Assembly: GCA_902534685.1 (NCBI GenBank)
Contig: CACAQP010000001.1
Span: forward strand, 1 to 51,627
Direction: 5' to 3'
DNA: 51,627 nt
Source of the DNA: an uncultured Prochlorococcus sp.
GTDB taxonomy: Bacteria; Cyanobacteriota; Cyanobacteriia; PCC-6307; Cyanobiaceae
The notes under the pieces: generated by a model
What the model was told of the DNA's origin: nothing
The model's database searches: none
The model's input: only the letters and a program-made list of their open reading frames with translations
Shown: piece by piece, positions 40,277-50,743 of the stretch
Numbering within the stretch: position 1 is the stretch's first letter
Layout of the letters: every line of letters starts with the position of its first letter
Translations under genes and position numbers: made by a program

Positions 40277-40302
40277 TATGATAATGAAAATCACTCGCAA
40301 TA
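40277..40302 (+). promoter_or_regulatory. Fur box between ferritin and the Cys-rich peptide
   Basis: TATGATAATGAAAATCACTCGCAATA is 22/26 identical to 38697-38722; core matches the Fur consensus at 15/19. Confidence 0.75.
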
Positions 40303-40308
40303 CTATAA

Positions 40309-40431
40309 ATGAATTTAGAGTACAGTTTTTCTGAACTGCTATTAACTAATAAAATATATAAATATAAAAAAAAGAAATGTAAAAAGAAAAAATGCTCTAA
40401 TTGGAAGGGAGGAAAGTGTAATTGCCTATAA
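40309..40431 (+). CDS. 40-aa Lys/Cys-rich peptide (not in ORF track)
   Basis: MNLEYSFSELLLTNKIYKYKKKKCKKKKCSNWKGGKCNCL; C-x4-C-x7-C-x-C; directly follows the Fur box. Confidence 0.6.
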   Translation: MNLEYSFSELLLTNKIYKYKKKKCKKKKCSNWKGGKCNCL

Positions 40432-40438
40432 ATAAATT

Positions 40439-41515
40439 CTATATATATACTTTATGTGCTCCAGGATATAAAAAATAATAACAATTTTTATTTATAGAAA
40501 GAGAACATTTATCACCATTATTTAAAAGATTATTAATATCAGTTCTAACACGCAATATATTACCATTAATAGTTACTTTGTATATAAGAAATTCTCCAAG
40601 AAATTCTTTAGATATTACATTCGCATTACCAGATTCTGATCTTTTAATTGAAATAAATTTAGGCGAAATTGACATACTTTTAATATTTGCATTTTGTAAA
40701 ACCCCTGAACTATTTATTTCACCTAAACAAGAAATATATGTATTACCATTTTTTTTGAGATTAACAATATTATTCCCCAAAATAAAACTACTAACAAATA
40801 TAGTCTTGGGATTATTTAGAAGGTTAATTGGTGTATCAATTTGATGTATTTTCCCATCATTCATAACGGCGACTTTATCGCAAATTGACATCGCTTCTTC
40901 CGGATCATGAGTAACCATCAATCCGCTTGCATTACAACCTTTTAGAATAATAGGGAGTTCACTTCTCAATTTTAGTTTGACATGAATATCAAGACTACAA
41001 AAAGGTTCATCTAATAAAATAAAATTAGTACTAGGAGCAAGAGCTCTCGCAATTGCTAGTCTTTGTTTTTGACCTCCAGAAAGTTCATGTGGGTACCTTC
41101 CAACAAGACTATCAAGACCAACAACATTTAATAAATAATCAACTCTAGATCTGTCTTTTTTGTTTTTCAAACCAAAAATTACATTTTCCAAAACAGTTAA
41201 GTGAGGGAAAAGTGCATAGTCTTGAAAAACCATACCAATATTTCTCTTCTCAGGACTAAGAATTTTTTTTCTACTTGAAATTTCCTTATCATTTAGAGAA
41301 ATCGTCCCTCTAGAGGGATATTCGAACCCCGCGATTAATCTTAAAAGAGTAGTTTTTCCGCAACCAGAAGGGCCAAGCAACCCTAACAATTCTCCATTTT
41401 CAATTTTCAGGTTAATTTCATTTAATATCCAATTAGAACTTTCTCGCTTATCATATTTATGATGCAAATCATCAATTATTAACGCTTCATTTTTCACTAA
41501 GTTCTTCTTATTCAA
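40439..41515 (-). CDS. futC: Fe(III) ABC transporter ATP-binding subunit
   Basis: GPSGCGKTT, VFQDYALFPHL, YPHELSGGQKQR; adjacent to ferritin. Confidence 0.85.
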   Translation of the reverse strand: MNKKNLVKNEALIIDDLHHKYDKRESSNWILNEINLKIENGELLGLLGPSGCGKTTLLRLIAGFEYPSRGTISLNDKEISSRKKILSPEKRNIGMVFQDYALFPHLTVLENVIFGLKNKKDRSRVDYLLNVVGLDSLVGRYPHELSGGQKQRLAIARALAPSTNFILLDEPFCSLDIHVKLKLRSELPIILKGCNASGLMVTHDPEEAMSICDKVAVMNDGKIHQIDTPINLLNNPKTIFVSSFILGNNIVNLKKNGNTYISCLGEINSSGVLQNANIKSMSISPKFISIKRSESGNANVISKEFLGEFLIYKVTINGNILRVRTDINNLLNNGDKCSLSINKNCYYFLYPGAHKVYI

Positions 41516-41592
41516 ATATATTAAGTTAGCAGAAAATATTCCCCTAAAATATCCCTTGTATAATTTTATACACCGTTTAATTTTTAAATTTA

Positions 41593-42246
41593 ATGAGAAA
41601 GCCTGAAAGAGCAGAAATAATACGCAAGGAACTCAAAAAGCTATATCCATCGCCTCCGATACCCCTTGATCATACAAATGCATATACACTTCTAGTCGCC
41701 GTAGTTTTAAGTGCTCAATCAACAGATAAGAAAGTTAATGAATTAACAAAAAGCTTATTTAAGGTTGCAGATAATCCAGAAAAGATGATGCAGCTAGGTA
41801 TTAATGGCATTTACGAATACATAAAATTTTTAGGTCTATCAAATCAAAAATCAAAGAACATCTATAACTTATCTAAATTATTGATTGAGAAGCACAATGG
41901 TACGGTGCCAGATTCTTTTGAGAAGCTTGAATCTCTTCCAGGGGTAGGTCATAAAACAGCATCAGTTGTAATGTCTCAAGTGTTTAAAATACCCTCATTC
42001 CCAGTAGACACTCACATACACAGGTTGGCACAAAGATGGGGTCTATCAAATGGAGATAGCGTAGTTCAAACAGAAAAAGACTTAAAAAAAATATTTCCTA
42101 TTAATGATTGGAATACCTTACATTTGCAAATAATCTTTTACGGCAGAGAATACTGCACAGCAAGAGGCTGTGATGGAACAAAATGTTATCTATGTCGCAC
42201 TCTTTATCCCAAAAGAAAAAAGAAATTTATATGTAAAAAGCCTTAA
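41593..42246 (+). CDS. nth: Endonuclease III
   Basis: VLSAQSTD, HhH LPGVGHKTA, VDTH, C-terminal Cys cluster. Confidence 0.95.
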   Translation: MRKPERAEIIRKELKKLYPSPPIPLDHTNAYTLLVAVVLSAQSTDKKVNELTKSLFKVADNPEKMMQLGINGIYEYIKFLGLSNQKSKNIYNLSKLLIEKHNGTVPDSFEKLESLPGVGHKTASVVMSQVFKIPSFPVDTHIHRLAQRWGLSNGDSVVQTEKDLKKIFPINDWNTLHLQIIFYGREYCTARGCDGTKCYLCRTLYPKRKKKFICKKP

Positions 42247-42281
42247 GAAATTTATATAATATTTAAATTACTTCATTAATC

Positions 42282-42941
42282 ATGAAATTAGCAATTACTG
42301 GTGCATCGGGGAAAACAGGTTATAGAATTTCCGAGGAAGCAGTTAAGAAAGGTTATAAAGTAAGGCAAATCATCAGAAAGAATTCAAAAGTATCAGCAAG
42401 ACTAGAGAATTTAGAAACGATTAGGGTTTCATTAGACAAAAAACGAGAACTTGATAAGGCTTTAAAAGATATTGATGCTTTGATAATTGCGACTGGAGCG
42501 AGAGCATCATTAGATTTAACTGGTCCTGCAAAAGTTGATGCATTAGGGGTATACAGGCAATTAGAGAGTTGCAAAAGAGTTGGTATTAAAAGAGTTATTC
42601 TAGTTAGTTCCCTTTGTACTGGTAAATTATTTCACCCATTAAATTTATTTGGCTTAATTCTTATTTGGAAGAAATTAGGTGAAAACTTTCTACGAAATTC
42701 AAATTTCGAATGGACTATTATTAGACCTGGAGGATTAAAGGAAAATGAAGATATTAAATCAGAAAATATAAATTATTCAAAAGAGGACACTCAAATTAAT
42801 GGATCAATCCCAAGAAGATTAGTTGCGCAATGTTGTATAGATTCTTTAAAAAACAAAGAATCCATAAATAAATTAATAGAAGTTACAAGTTCGAATGCTA
42901 ATAAAAAGATATCTTTTAAAAAAGCTATGCAAATGATTTAA
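42282..42941 (+). CDS. NAD(P)H-binding atypical SDR/flavin-reductase-like protein
   Basis: ITGASGKTG, VSSL, IRPGGL. Confidence 0.85.
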   Translation: MKLAITGASGKTGYRISEEAVKKGYKVRQIIRKNSKVSARLENLETIRVSLDKKRELDKALKDIDALIIATGARASLDLTGPAKVDALGVYRQLESCKRVGIKRVILVSSLCTGKLFHPLNLFGLILIWKKLGENFLRNSNFEWTIIRPGGLKENEDIKSENINYSKEDTQINGSIPRRLVAQCCIDSLKNKESINKLIEVTSSNANKKISFKKAMQMI

Positions 42942-42967
42942 AAGATGTAAATATATAAATTAAAACT

Positions 42968-43156
42968 ATGAAAATAAATCCCAAAATTGACGCATTACAA
43001 TTAATGCTTACTGATTTAAGAACTAGAAATGAGCCAATAAGACATAAAGCTGCATTTAAAGGTTGTCAACCAGAATTTCAAAGTCTTGTATCAAGGTTAA
43101 TAAAGCAGTTAGAGGACGAATTAGTTGCTGAAAAGCTTTCTAATCGTGATAGTTAA
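42968..43156 (+). CDS. Conserved hypothetical protein, 62 aa
   Basis: IDALQLMLTDLRTRNEPIRHKAAFKGCQPEFQ; coding-like composition. Confidence 0.75.
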   Translation: MKINPKIDALQLMLTDLRTRNEPIRHKAAFKGCQPEFQSLVSRLIKQLEDELVAEKLSNRDS

Positions 43157-43166
43157 TAAATTTAGA

Positions 43167-43778
43167 TTACTTAAATGAAATTAAGTTATCCAATTTTGCT
43201 TGTTTTGAAAGTTCATCATATCCTCCAAAAAATTTATTATCCAAAAATATTTGAGGGAAAGTATTATGGCTACTTTGAGCCATTATTTTTTGAAAGCTCT
43301 CATCATTGTCTATTAAAGTAACTTCATGAGGGATAGATAAAGAATTAAGCAACCTAATTGCTCTTTTAGACCAAGGACAATCCTTTAAAATATAAGCTTT
43401 AACACGTGATTTATTAGTGATTAAATCATGATTTGAGATATTAATAATTTTCTGTTCAAAAGAAAGTAATAATATATCAGTACCTTTTTTTACAATACAT
43501 CCCTCCTCAAGATGCCCGCCAAAGACATTACATCCCTCATCTGCAAAACTCAAATGTAAATGAACTTCTCCTCTATTAAAATTCCCGTTTAAAGAAACTA
43601 TCTCTAGATTTCCTTCAAATTTATTTATTTTTTGATTACCTGGGCATTGAATACAAACTGTTCTAAGATTACCAACCACTCCTGAAACATAACCGTATAA
43701 ATTATTCGATAAAGAATATTCTTTAATTGAATTTATCAAATCAGATTCTGGAGATAGCTTTAGGCTATGAGGCTGCAT
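43167..43778 (-). CDS. PPC (DUF296) domain fused to glutaredoxin domain
   Basis: LEIVSLNG, HLHLSF, GGHL, then CPWS, TFPQIF, GGYDEL. Confidence 0.85.
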   Translation of the reverse strand: MQPHSLKLSPESDLINSIKEYSLSNNLYGYVSGVVGNLRTVCIQCPGNQKINKFEGNLEIVSLNGNFNRGEVHLHLSFADEGCNVFGGHLEEGCIVKKGTDILLLSFEQKIINISNHDLITNKSRVKAYILKDCPWSKRAIRLLNSLSIPHEVTLIDNDESFQKIMAQSSHNTFPQIFLDNKFFGGYDELSKQAKLDNLISFK

Positions 43779-43960
43779 TAGATATAAGGAATAATTTTGT
43801 AATATAAAACATCATCATTCATGTAGAGAAGTTGAGTTTATAATCTTTAGGATTCAGAATTAATATATTTTAGAATCTAGCATCAAAAATCATTTAAAAT
43901 TTTTACTAAAAATTTAAGTTTGTTGAGAGTGTAATATATTTTTTATATGCAAAAACTAAT

Positions 43961-44500
43961 TTGTTATTAAAAAAAAATCTTAAAAATTTGGCATTGAAAG
44001 TTCCCAACTTATTATCGATATCTCGCCTTTTCCTTGTATTTCCATTAATACTTTTTTTAGAAATTAACAGACCTTTTCAAGTCTTTATATTGATTATTAT
44101 TGGAGGTTTAACTGATTATTTTGACGGGTTAATTGCAAGGAAATTTAATCTTAAAACCAGATTAGGAGCTATCCTTGATCCCTTAAGCGATAAAGTATTC
44201 TATTTAATTCCTTTGACCTTCCTTTGTAAAAATAATATTATACCCTTCTGGTCATTGTCATTAATTTTATTTAGAGAATTAATTATCTCTAGCCTAAGGA
44301 ACTCTACAAAAGACGGTTTACCAGCATCAATGTTAGGTAAATATAAAACATTTTTCTTTTTTATTTCAGTAATCACCTTTTTTACCCCATTAAAAATTAG
44401 CTTATTGAATAATTTGGCTTTAATTTTTTATTGGTTAGGATTCATTCTGACTTTTGTGACTTTATTAGGCTATTTAAGAATTAAAAAGAATATTATCTAA
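43961..44500 (+). CDS. pgsA: CDP-diacylglycerol--glycerol-3-phosphate phosphatidyltransferase
   Basis: PNLLS..R, TDYFDGLIAR...LGAILDPLSDK, RE.IIS.LR. Confidence 0.85.
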   Translation: MLLKKNLKNLALKVPNLLSISRLFLVFPLILFLEINRPFQVFILIIIGGLTDYFDGLIARKFNLKTRLGAILDPLSDKVFYLIPLTFLCKNNIIPFWSLSLILFRELIISSLRNSTKDGLPASMLGKYKTFFFFISVITFFTPLKISLLNNLALIFYWLGFILTFVTLLGYLRIKKNII

Positions 44501-45394
44501 ATTTTCATCAAATTTCTCACTCTTTTTATTATTAAAATCATTCACAAAACTATCCTTTAAACCATTAAGTAAATCAAAAGTTGGCGCCCACTTTAAATCA
44601 AGTTTTATCTTAGAGATATCAGTCTGATAATGATTTAATCTAATTGGAAATCCCTTTCGTGAATTAGGATCTAATTTTTGATAATCAAATGTTCTTAAAG
44701 AAATCTCATTTTGGTTTAATCCAAGAACATTCGCACAGAAATAAATTAAACCCTTTATTGTTACTCCTTTTTCACCTGAACAGTTGTAAATATTATTTTT
44801 AGAATTTTCAAAATTCATGCACCTAATCATTACATCTGTTAGATCAGAAACATGGCCTAACTGAGTAATTAAAGACCCATCACCAGGGATTGGTATAGAT
44901 TTATTAGTAAATAACCTTTCAAAAAACCAATTTTCAATTTTATTATAATTCCCTGGTCCATAAATATAAGTAGGTCTAAAACTTGTAAAAGGAATTTTTT
45001 GGCTCTTCAACCAATTTTCTGTCTCAAACTTTCCTTTGTGCCTACTATCTGGGTCAACTGGGTCAACTTCGGATAAGGGTAGTTCAAAATTATCTTTATA
45101 AACCCCTGCAGAGCTGACATATATATACCTTTGGAAAGAGTTATCTAAATTTTCTATAAGAAGTTTAGTTTGTTCTAACTCTCGTCCAGAAATATCATAA
45201 ACAATATCATACTTTTTATTTCTTAGCTTGACGATATCTTCTAAATTATTTCTATCACCCTTAATTAAATTTGTTTTTTCAGGATTACTTTTATTACCTC
45301 TCGTGAAAATATCAATATCATAATTTTTACTTAATAACTTTCCAACCAAAGACTTGCCAACAAATCTAGTACCACCCATTACAAGAATTTTCAT
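44474..45394 (-). CDS. NAD-dependent epimerase-like/CSP41b-type RNA-binding protein
   Basis: MGGTRFVG, YVSSAGVY, SRHKGK, RPTYIYGPGNYN, QLGHV.DL. Confidence 0.85.
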   Translation of the reverse strand: MKILVMGGTRFVGKSLVGKLLSKNYDIDIFTRGNKSNPEKTNLIKGDRNNLEDIVKLRNKKYDIVYDISGRELEQTKLLIENLDNSFQRYIYVSSAGVYKDNFELPLSEVDPVDPDSRHKGKFETENWLKSQKIPFTSFRPTYIYGPGNYNKIENWFFERLFTNKSIPIPGDGSLITQLGHVSDLTDVMIRCMNFENSKNNIYNCSGEKGVTIKGLIYFCANVLGLNQNEISLRTFDYQKLDPNSRKGFPIRLNHYQTDISKIKLDLKWAPTFDLLNGLKDSFVNDFNNKKSEKFDENLDNILFNS

Positions 45395-45486
45395 ATTCAA
45401 AAAATATTTAACTGAAGTAGTAATCTTAAATAGAATTACATATTGAATAGTACTACTAATAAGTAATTAATGAAAAGGATGATTCT

Positions 45487-46254
45487 ATGGACCTAATACC
45501 AGCAATTGATTTAATGAATGGTAAGTGTGTAAGGCTTTTTAAAGGCGACTTTAATAAAAGAAAAGACTTCACCAAAGAGCCTCATGAGCAAGCTAAATTT
45601 TGGGAAAGCGAAGGAGCAAAATATATACATATAGTTGATTTGGATGCTGCAAAAACTGGATCTCCAACAAACGATATATCAATAAAGAAGATTGCAAAAA
45701 CAGTTAACATACCTATTCAAATAGGTGGGGGGATAAGGTCTCAAGAAAGGATAGAACAATTATTTTCTTACGGTATCGAGAAAGTTATCATGGGAACCTC
45801 TGCAATAGAAAATAAAGAACTAGTTAAAGACTTATCAAATAAATTTCCTGGAAGGATAATTGTTGGGATAGATGCAAAAGATGGAAAAGTTAGTACAAGA
45901 GGTTGGATTGAGCAATCTAATATTTTTGCCATTGATCTAGTAAAGGAGTTTTCTTCATTTAAGATTGCTAGTTTTATTGTTACAGATATAAATACAGATG
46001 GGACGTTAGAAGGGACAAATGAAGAATTCATAAAAAGCATACTTGAAATTACTGACATTCCAGTGATAGCCTCAGGAGGTGTTGGTTCAATTTCTGATTT
46101 ATTATCGTTAGTAAAATTTGAAAACTCTGGACTCTTTGGAGTAATTGTAGGTAAAGCTCTATATGAAAATAAATTCACGATAAACGAAGCGAATAATGTA
46201 TTGTCATCAGGTAGATTAAATGACTTTGATTTAAACAGAAATTACTACGCATAA
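45487..46254 (+). CDS. hisA: ProFAR isomerase
   Basis: IPAIDL..GKCVRL, HIVDLD, GGGIR, TDI..DGTL.G, ASGGV. Confidence 0.97.
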   Translation: MDLIPAIDLMNGKCVRLFKGDFNKRKDFTKEPHEQAKFWESEGAKYIHIVDLDAAKTGSPTNDISIKKIAKTVNIPIQIGGGIRSQERIEQLFSYGIEKVIMGTSAIENKELVKDLSNKFPGRIIVGIDAKDGKVSTRGWIEQSNIFAIDLVKEFSSFKIASFIVTDINTDGTLEGTNEEFIKSILEITDIPVIASGGVGSISDLLSLVKFENSGLFGVIVGKALYENKFTINEANNVLSSGRLNDFDLNRNYYA

Positions 46255-46333
46255 AAGAGTATAAAAATTGATTTAAGGCTGGTGTTTGCAGTAATTGTTA
46301 GTTAATTTTGTATAAGAGATAAGAAATCTAGTC

Positions 46334-47950
46334 TTGGAATTAATTTCAAAAAAATCGATATTGATTATTGCTCCAAGCTTAATAGCAGAATCTTTATCGC
46401 TTAAGTTAACATCACTAGACCAAAATTTAGATATTAATTTTAATAATGGAACAGGTGATAAAAATCCAGATTTAGTTATATGGAATGTTCTTAATTTCCA
46501 ATCAGAAGATCTTATAAGGTTAGAATTATTGAAATTAAGAGAAAGATATGATGAGTCTAAGTTTCTGATAATTCTTTCTGGCGAACTTGTTTATGAAGCA
46601 AATACCCCTCCAGCGTTAAATGCTGAAGGTTTCCTTTTAAATCCCAGTGCAGAAAAAGTTCTTGAATCTATTGATACCATTTCAAATGGAGGAAGGGTAT
46701 TTGATATTGAAAATAATTCCCGAGTTCAATTAAATAAAAATAAGCCTCTCTCTTTTAGTCAAAAAATTCTAACTTCAGGTCTTAAACAAATAGATTCTGA
46801 AATTAATTATATATTTAAATATGTCAACTCAGATTCAACACCAGAATTTTATAAATTCATTTTAAAAGGAAGATTAAGAGAACTTATTACTGCAAAATCT
46901 TTTCTAATTTTCTTATGGGGTAATTCACTAGAACTTTACACAGAGGCAGTTTACACTGAAAATAAAATTAATCTAGAAAATAAGAACACTGTATTTATTA
47001 AAGATAAAAACACTTCAGAAATATGGAATTTAATTTTAGATAGATTAAAAGAAAGGTATAGCTCAACTAACCTACAGGTTGAATTTAATAATTCATCGAT
47101 AATTCTCTCTGGGATAAAGAAAGAATTCATTTCACGACTAATTTGCAAAATGTTAGATGAGTTAGATAATTTAGTAAAAAATATTAAGGAAAACTATAAG
47201 GAGAAAGATTTTAAAGATGATTTAAATTCTCTTATAAAAGAACTTAAAGTTAATACAATTTCAAATATCACCGATAGCTATTTTCGATTAAAAAAAGGAG
47301 ACGAATCTATTTCAATAAATGATTTTATTTATAGTGAAGTAAGTTGCGAAGAGATAGATAGAGAATCACATGAATCAATAATTTTTATTGAGCCAATTAT
47401 TAAAAATGAAGCTCTTGACTATGATGGGAAATTACTCCCTTTATATGAAACAGAATCGTTTTTGATCCTTGAAAATATAATTTCAAATTGGACAATAAGG
47501 AACTGTAATTTATTAGCTTCTGAAATCTTTAATATTTGTTCTTCTTGGCCTGAATTAAGGACTGTACTTATAAATCCCGAATTACAATCGACAAGAAATT
47601 TTGAAAGATTTAGAAATAATATTAACAACTACAATCGCTGGCATGACAATATTTATATGCCTATCTACTTGTATGAGAGTAAACGAGAATATATTGATAT
47701 TATCGATAAAAAATTTACCCGTTACTTTAAAAATGAAAATAGGGAGAAAGAATTAGAGAATCTAGAATGGCTACAAAAACAAGTTACATTGTTAGTTGAG
47801 ATAAGAGATGCCGTAGCACCGCAGTTAGAAGTTGTTGTAAAATACATCGGTAATCTCTTCGTAACATTCCTTACAAAGGTCGTTGGCAAAGCTATCGGTT
47901 TAGTTGGGAAAGGAATCCTTCAAGGATTAGGAAGATCAAGTTCAAAGTAA
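46334..47950 (+). CDS. ycf55: Ycf55/DUF3685 response-regulator-like protein
   Basis: GLKQID, GRLREL, STRNFERFRN, REKEL, EIRDAVAP, GKAIGLVGKGILQGLG. Confidence 0.85.
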   Translation: MELISKKSILIIAPSLIAESLSLKLTSLDQNLDINFNNGTGDKNPDLVIWNVLNFQSEDLIRLELLKLRERYDESKFLIILSGELVYEANTPPALNAEGFLLNPSAEKVLESIDTISNGGRVFDIENNSRVQLNKNKPLSFSQKILTSGLKQIDSEINYIFKYVNSDSTPEFYKFILKGRLRELITAKSFLIFLWGNSLELYTEAVYTENKINLENKNTVFIKDKNTSEIWNLILDRLKERYSSTNLQVEFNNSSIILSGIKKEFISRLICKMLDELDNLVKNIKENYKEKDFKDDLNSLIKELKVNTISNITDSYFRLKKGDESISINDFIYSEVSCEEIDRESHESIIFIEPIIKNEALDYDGKLLPLYETESFLILENIISNWTIRNCNLLASEIFNICSSWPELRTVLINPELQSTRNFERFRNNINNYNRWHDNIYMPIYLYESKREYIDIIDKKFTRYFKNENREKELENLEWLQKQVTLLVEIRDAVAPQLEVVVKYIGNLFVTFLTKVVGKAIGLVGKGILQGLGRSSSK

Positions 47951-47964
47951 GTTTTAAAACTTTA

Positions 47965-48513
47965 ATGAAAATAATTCAATGGATCCTAATAGCATTAATT
48001 TTCTTAAGTCCGTATAAAGTAATTGCCTCTAGAGTTTCTGATAGTTACGATGGCAACATCTTTCCTATATACGCAGGTAATGGAGCTGTAGTTCCTCCCC
48101 AGACAACTCTTCAGGAATCATTAAAAAATAAAAGAGTCGCAGTTTTATTTTTTTATCTTGATGATAGCTCAGATAGTAAAGCTATGGCTCCGATAATATC
48201 TGGTTTAGATTTGATATGGAGAAATAATATAGATATCATTGCTCTAACAACTGATGAATTACAGGATAAAGAAAAGTCTGATCTTAGAAATGAACCTAAT
48301 TATTATTGGAACGGATTAATTCCACAAACCATTATTTTTAATAGTGATGGTGAAGTTAAATATGATCAAAATGGATTGATTAATATCGATGAATTAAACA
48401 AAGTTATTGGAGAACTAAAAGGAATTGATATAGAAGACACGACATTTTCTGTAGAAAGTTTTAATGAATACAACAGTATTATCTCTGAAAAAAAAAATAA
48501 TAACAAAAATTAA
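47965..48513 (+). CDS. Thioredoxin-fold thylakoid protein (photosystem I accumulation factor family)
   Basis: DSYDGNIFPIYAGNG, YLDDSSDSK, YYW.G.IPQT. Confidence 0.75.
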   Translation: MKIIQWILIALIFLSPYKVIASRVSDSYDGNIFPIYAGNGAVVPPQTTLQESLKNKRVAVLFFYLDDSSDSKAMAPIISGLDLIWRNNIDIIALTTDELQDKEKSDLRNEPNYYWNGLIPQTIIFNSDGEVKYDQNGLINIDELNKVIGELKGIDIEDTTFSVESFNEYNSIISEKKNNNKN

Positions 48514-48520
48514 TTAAAAA

Positions 48521-49687
48521 ATGATATTAATAAATATCCTCTTAATTCTCTTAATTTCTTTAATTCTTTCAGATATATATATTAAAAACTCACCCAAATC
48601 AAATTTAAATTTGATACCTATAAATTATAAAATCAAAAAAAAGGAAGGTTTAAACGAATTAATTATTAATTTAAAAATAACTAATAAAAGTAAAACCAAA
48701 GAGACGATGGTATCTAATATAAATTTTGAATTAGATTTTTTTAAAAATAAAGGTAACGAATATTGCCAAAATTTTAATTATCAAGAAGATATTTATATAT
48801 ATGAAAATAATAAAATTAAGAATTTAAAGAATTACTGGCCAACAACAATTATCAAGTCAAATTCAGAATTATTTGTAAGAATCATATATAAATTTAGTAT
48901 TAATAATTTTAGAAAAAAAATAAAATATCTATGGCTAAAAGTCTTTTGGGAAAACTATGGACATTTTGGTATTTCAAATAATAAGGATTGTTTTTTAATT
49001 AATCTAGATGGTCAAAAACAAAAGCCGAAAGAAGTTTTTGAAATTTCTTTAAATAATAAATATAAAGCTTTTGCTATTAAAACTGATTTACTTGGTTGCT
49101 TTGATAACCCAGTAAATACTGTGATTGAATACTGCAAGGGAATTGTAGAAAAAAATGATATTTTAACAATCGGTGAGAGTCCGCTAGCGATAATGCAAAA
49201 TAGATATATATCCCCTAATAATTTAAAATATAGTTTATTTTCGAAAGCTTTATGTTATTTTTTTCACCCTACAAGCAGTCTCGCAACAGCCTGCGGCATG
49301 CAATTACTTATAAATAAAATCGGAGTCACAAGAATAACCTTTGCACTATTTTTAGGATTTCTCTTCAAATTAGTTGGTATTAAGGGTATGTTTTACAGGT
49401 TAACTGGTTCAGAATCATCTCTCATTGATGATATAAGTGGTACAGTTACGCCTTACGACAAGAGTATAGTTATGGGTCCTCTCAATGCGGATTTTTTTTG
49501 TAAGGAGGTCTCAAACTATCTAAATATAGATGTTGCTGTAGTCGATGTTAATGATCTTGGAGGCGTGAAAGTCTTAGCTAGTTCAAATAAAAAAGTAAAT
49601 AAAATACTCAAAAGAAACTTAATATCTAATCCAGCTGGCAATGGAGATGAAAAAACCCCTATAGTATTAATAAGAGAAAAAAAGTAA
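48521..49687 (+). CDS. F420-0:gamma-glutamyl ligase-like domain protein
   Basis: IGESPLA, IDDISGT, AVVDVNDLG, NPAGN.DEKTP; N-terminal anchor. Confidence 0.7.
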   Translation: MILINILLILLISLILSDIYIKNSPKSNLNLIPINYKIKKKEGLNELIINLKITNKSKTKETMVSNINFELDFFKNKGNEYCQNFNYQEDIYIYENNKIKNLKNYWPTTIIKSNSELFVRIIYKFSINNFRKKIKYLWLKVFWENYGHFGISNNKDCFLINLDGQKQKPKEVFEISLNNKYKAFAIKTDLLGCFDNPVNTVIEYCKGIVEKNDILTIGESPLAIMQNRYISPNNLKYSLFSKALCYFFHPTSSLATACGMQLLINKIGVTRITFALFLGFLFKLVGIKGMFYRLTGSESSLIDDISGTVTPYDKSIVMGPLNADFFCKEVSNYLNIDVAVVDVNDLGGVKVLASSNKKVNKILKRNLISNPAGNGDEKTPIVLIREKK

Positions 49688-50743
49688 ATGAAAAAAGATA
49701 CCTCTTATTCTTTTCAATCTAAAAAAGGAATGGAAGTAACTTTTGAAGAACTCCATTTAAGGCATATTAACCTTTTAATAGATATTAAAAATAAGGAATT
49801 GAATAATTGGTTTTTAAAGATGGCAATTATAAATACCTTTGATGACTTAAAAATTTTTTTAAATAACCTTAAGAAAAATAAAAATAAATGCATAATTGCT
49901 ATACATGGAAACGAAATTATTGGTTATTTAAATATTTTTCCTTTAAACAAAAAAGAGACTTGCTTAAAAATATCTAATACCAAGTTGATTAACAACAAGT
50001 GTTCTTTAACAGATAAACAATTAACTTTAGGATTGATAAAAAAATCTATCTCAATAAAAGACATCAAAACTTCAAGTTGGATAATTAACTCTGATATAAA
50101 TAATGTTGACCTCATTTCAACCTCAAGAGAATTAGGCTTTCAACCGTTAGGAGAAATAATCCTTTGGGATGGTTCTGATCTAAATAAATCTTTAAAGCAA
50201 AATACCAATGCCTATGAATTAATTAACGAATTCCAAAACATTAATAAACAAAATATATTAAAAGTAGTTAATTTCATAAGATCAAATCAATCTTCCTTAA
50301 TAAGAAATATTTTAGATTTTGATCAAGAAGACATTCTTAAAAGAAATAACTCCAAAAGTGGTGCTTTAATATATGAAAATTCAGTTTTATGTACAATTTT
50401 AAAAGATATAAATTATCAAAAAGAAGAAATTTATACTTTAACTATAAGTAAATATTGGGATATGAGATTCAATTCTATTTTAAAAGAATTTATAAAAAGA
50501 TTTTTTGAAAAATCACCTGTTTCATATTTAAAAACATATAAAGAAAATTCTCAGTTAAATCTTTTTCTCGAAGAATGTAATCTCAAAGAAAAAAATCAAG
50601 AAATAATTCTTATCAGGAATACAATAGTTAAGAATGAAGCTAAACAAGTAAATATAATAAATCAATCTTTGGAATCAATCTTTGGAAAATTAAGTCCTCA
50701 AGGCAATCCATACCCATCTCCTTTTCCATTAAAAACAAAGTGA
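49688..50743 (+). CDS. Conserved hypothetical protein (degenerate GNAT-like)
   Basis: 351-aa ORF between coupled neighbours; RELGFQPL motif. Confidence 0.7.
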   Translation: MKKDTSYSFQSKKGMEVTFEELHLRHINLLIDIKNKELNNWFLKMAIINTFDDLKIFLNNLKKNKNKCIIAIHGNEIIGYLNIFPLNKKETCLKISNTKLINNKCSLTDKQLTLGLIKKSISIKDIKTSSWIINSDINNVDLISTSRELGFQPLGEIILWDGSDLNKSLKQNTNAYELINEFQNINKQNILKVVNFIRSNQSSLIRNILDFDQEDILKRNNSKSGALIYENSVLCTILKDINYQKEEIYTLTISKYWDMRFNSILKEFIKRFFEKSPVSYLKTYKENSQLNLFLEECNLKEKNQEIILIRNTIVKNEAKQVNIINQSLESIFGKLSPQGNPYPSPFPLKTK

